The notes under the pieces are model-generated. The model was not told the origin of the DNA. It searched no databases and was given only the letters and a program-made list of their open reading frames with translations. Of a stretch of DNA of 46,869 nucleotides, positions 44,850-46,869 are shown piece by piece. Source of the DNA: a virus (taxonomy: Duplodnaviria > Caudoviricetes); the IMG/VR virus record IMGVR_UViG_3300028588_000034, positions 1 to 46,869 of that record. One strand, given 5' to 3'. How positions within the stretch are numbered: position 1 is the first letter of the stretch; each line of letters starts with the position of its first letter. Both the position numbers and the translations under genes were made by a program.

Positions 44850-45361
44850 TAAAGCAACCCCGCCGGTTCCGTCTTCCGGATCTTCACGCGCCGCGGTGCG
44901 GCTGGAGCTGCGAACGGGTCGGCCAGCTTCTCGCGCTTTACTGGCGGCGGGACGATCGCTTTATCGCGCAATCCAGGCAAGAGCGGCGCGTCGATCGAAC
45001 TGAAATCGACCGATTGCCACCCTCCGCCGCGTGATTTCGGAACCGTTTGGATTGCGAGAAAGCGGAACGGATATCGGTCGGCCGCAACGCGAACTTTGAG
45101 CTTCGCGTCTCCCTCCCAGTTTCCTTTGACCTCGTGGATCTCGATCGTCCCGTCCGCGACCATGACGTCGAAATCCGGAACGTAAAACGCGCCATCCGCC
45201 AGGCGGAGCTTGATCCCCTCGAACGCCCACCAAAGGACGTCGCCCGAGAGCTTGAGCGCGTCGAGGTGTGCCGCATATGCCTTTTCCGTGTCGTTCATTT
45301 GGCCCGCCTTGAGGCGCCCCTTTGCGAGCATGGCGGCGCGACCGATATCCGTCGGCTTCAC
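44849..45361 (-). CDS. PD-(D/E)XK nuclease (DUF1064-like)
   Basis: MNDTEKAYA..FYVPDF..IHEVKG; GTGA-coupled start. Confidence 0.8.
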   Translation of the reverse strand: MKPTDIGRAAMLAKGRLKAGQMNDTEKAYAAHLDALKLSGDVLWWAFEGIKLRLADGAFYVPDFDVMVADGTIEIHEVKGNWEGDAKLKVRVAADRYPFRFLAIQTVPKSRGGGWQSVDFSSIDAPLLPGLRDKAIVPPPVKREKLADPFAAPAAPRRVKIRKTEPAGLL

Positions 45362-45483
45362 TTGGCTTTCCTCTGCTCGGCGATGCGCGCTTGCAACGCC
45401 GCCTCTTTTTCCGCGGTCCATCCTGCGCGACGCCTTTCGAGCATCGCGAGGTGGTTTGGGTTGCTGTCGTCGTAGAGTGACAC
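45358..45483 (-). CDS. Small hypothetical protein (41 aa; not in ORF track)
   Basis: GTG start, MSLYDDSNPNHLAMLERRRAGW..; stop overlaps the nuclease start. Confidence 0.45.
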   Translation of the reverse strand: MSLYDDSNPNHLAMLERRRAGWTAEKEAALQARIAEQRKAK

Positions 45484-45489
45484 GACGGT

Positions 45490-45735
45490 TTAGCTATCGA
45501 GGCGCGGGAACGGGACGCGCTGCGCTTCGGCGACGACTTCGGCGATCGAGGTCGCATCGCCGGCGAGGTGAACCGGAGCGCCGTCGACGACGAGCGTCGT
45601 CCCGATAATCGTAACCATCGGATCAGCGCCGCGAATTGAGGCGGGCTTCATTTCGATCAGGTCGAACACGGCGGAAACCTTGTGCGGGTCGACGAACGCG
45701 GGGCGGCCGGTCGGGTAAACTGCAAATCGCAACAT
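45490..45735 (-). CDS. Hypothetical protein
   Basis: GGAGAG RBS. Confidence 0.65.
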   Translation of the reverse strand: MLRFAVYPTGRPAFVDPHKVSAVFDLIEMKPASIRGADPMVTIIGTTLVVDGAPVHLAGDATSIAEVVAEAQRVPFPRLDS

Positions 45736-45775
45736 CGTGACTTCTCTCCGTTCTAGCCGGGATCGGCTATAATCG

Positions 45776-45863
45776 GGGTGGACTAGTTTCCCGACCGAAG
45801 CCCGAAACTAGTCCACCCTCTTTGAGCCGTTCTCTCTCGTTGGTGGACTGCGGGTGGACTAGT
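45776..45863. repeat. 15-bp perfect inverted repeat plus extra direct copies of one arm
   Basis: GGGTGGACTAGTTTC-N13-GAAACTAGTCCACCC; GGTGGACT at 45842; GGGTGGACTAGT at 45852. Confidence 0.85.
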
Positions 45864-45906
45864 CTTGGCGCCGAGACGTCAAAACCTTCCACCCGCAATC
45901 GGTCGA

Positions 45907-46869
45907 TCAACCCTCGTCGTCGAACCGTCGCGCCTCGAACCCGTCGCCGTATTCGTCGGCGAGCTTGCCCGCTTCCTCGCTCGTCATTGCCAGCGCTTCG
46001 GCGGTGTCCCCGGTCCACTCGTCGGTGTCATTGCCGACCGCGACCGTCTTGATCCATTCCGCGTCGGTCGTATCGAACACGCCGAAGATTTTATCGACCA
46101 CTGCGCCAGTACCCGAAATTGCGCTCTCCTCGATCGCATCCTTGACGGCGTTGTCGATAGCACGATCGACCCCGCTCTCCGTCTCGTCCCCGTCCGCGAG
46201 CGCGGCGTCCGAAACCTCCGACCCGGGGAGCGGTTCGGCGGCCCGGGGAGCCGTCTCGGGCTTCGGTTCCGGCTTAGGCGTGGCCTCGAACTGCATCGCG
46301 ACTTGGTCGTCCCCCTGGTCCTGCGATCGGCGCGCGGACATGAACCGCTTGCTATCGGCCGACACGAGGACGACGCGCTGCCCGGCGAGCTTGAGGACGT
46401 CGATCAAGGTGTCGTTATGCACCTCGGCGAGCTTTACCTTGAGTTCGATCGACTCGCCATTGACGGTCCATTTCTTGTCGAGCGTACCCTGTACCGTCTC
46501 GCTGTCCTCTTGAGCGAGAACGAGGACCATTTTCCCGACGACGATCCCGGCGACGCTCTCGCACTGATTGACGATCGCCTGTTTCTCGCTCGGCTTCATC
46601 TGCGCCCACGGTTTAACCTGATGCTTATACTGGTCGAGCATGAGATCGCGGAGATCGCCGAACAGCGTCCCCGTCTCGAACTGCGCCTCGGTGGCGAGGG
46701 TCGTCAATCGCGCGAGGCGGCGGTCGAACACGCTCTCGGGCTCGTCACCGGGCGCGGCTGGCGTTTCGAGCTTAGTCGGGCGCTCGGCCTCAACGCGAAC
46801 CTGTTCGCGCGCGGGCTCATTGTCCGCCTCGATCTCGGCCGTTGCCGCTGCGGCCCCGCCGATCGTTGC
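45907..46869 (-). CDS. 3' part of junction-spanning hypothetical protein
   Basis: GDLRDLMLDQYKHQVKPWAQM..; frame stays open to the window end and joins 1..520. Confidence 0.8.
   Translation of the reverse strand, partial: ATIGGAAAATAEIEADNEPAREQVRVEAERPTKLETPAAPGDEPESVFDRRLARLTTLATEAQFETGTLFGDLRDLMLDQYKHQVKPWAQMKPSEKQAIVNQCESVAGIVVGKMVLVLAQEDSETVQGTLDKKWTVNGESIELKVKLAEVHNDTLIDVLKLAGQRVVLVSADSKRFMSARRSQDQGDDQVAMQFEATPKPEPKPETAPRAAEPLPGSEVSDAALADGDETESGVDRAIDNAVKDAIEESAISGTGAVVDKIFGVFDTTDAEWIKTVAVGNDTDEWTGDTAEALAMTSEEAGKLADEYGDGFEARRFDDEG
46744..46869. repeat. 126-bp direct terminal repeat (copy 2)
   Basis: Identical to 2-127. Confidence 0.95.

Noticed and set aside
45776-45818. Protelomerase target site of a linear plasmid-phage
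   Set aside because: The inverted repeat has a 13-nt spacer and no protelomerase or partition genes were recognised
46744-46869. Biological direct terminal repeat
   Set aside because: Length of 126-127 nt fits an assembler k-mer overlap and it falls mid-gene; treated as a circularity artefact
1-46869. CRISPR array, tRNA or rRNA genes, transposable (Mu-type) phage
   Set aside because: No regularly spaced repeats or cloverleafs noticed by eye; no DDE transposase, MuB or host-DNA ends

Overview
The window is an apparently complete, circular tailed-phage genome of about 46.74 kb. Nt 2-127 are repeated exactly at 46744-46869, and one gene reads through that junction. It is GC-rich and probably infects an alphaproteobacterium; Sphingomonadaceae is my inference from recalled gene families and is not checked. 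A long minus-strand arm carries a Cro-like regulator, a PD-(D/E)XK nuclease, a PAPS-reductase-like protein, an O/P-like replication pair and a Mor/C-type late activator. It continues with TerS/TerL, Mu-like head genes (gp29-type portal, gpF, protease, capsid, gp36, gpG), a non-contractile tail with a -1 frameshifted chaperone, tape measure, tail tip, an SGNH tail fibre, and lysis genes. Two plus-strand operons interrupt this arm: a recombination operon (RecE-like exonuclease plus Sak4-like ATPase) and a 15-gene translationally coupled cassette (RNase H-like, C5-methylase-like, Mom-like, RMF-like, DUF2786-like). I recognised no integrase, transposase or CI repressor. The top finding is a complete Acb1/T4 57B-like 2H phosphoesterase (two HxT motifs; anti-CBASS family) inserted inside the Mu gp29-type portal protein. 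Other leads are three candidate structured RNAs, a 14-bp late-promoter box, phased TGAAAC operators, two signal-peptide proteins inside the head module and a low-GC receptor-binding cassette. All family assignments come from motif recognition by eye, not database searches.
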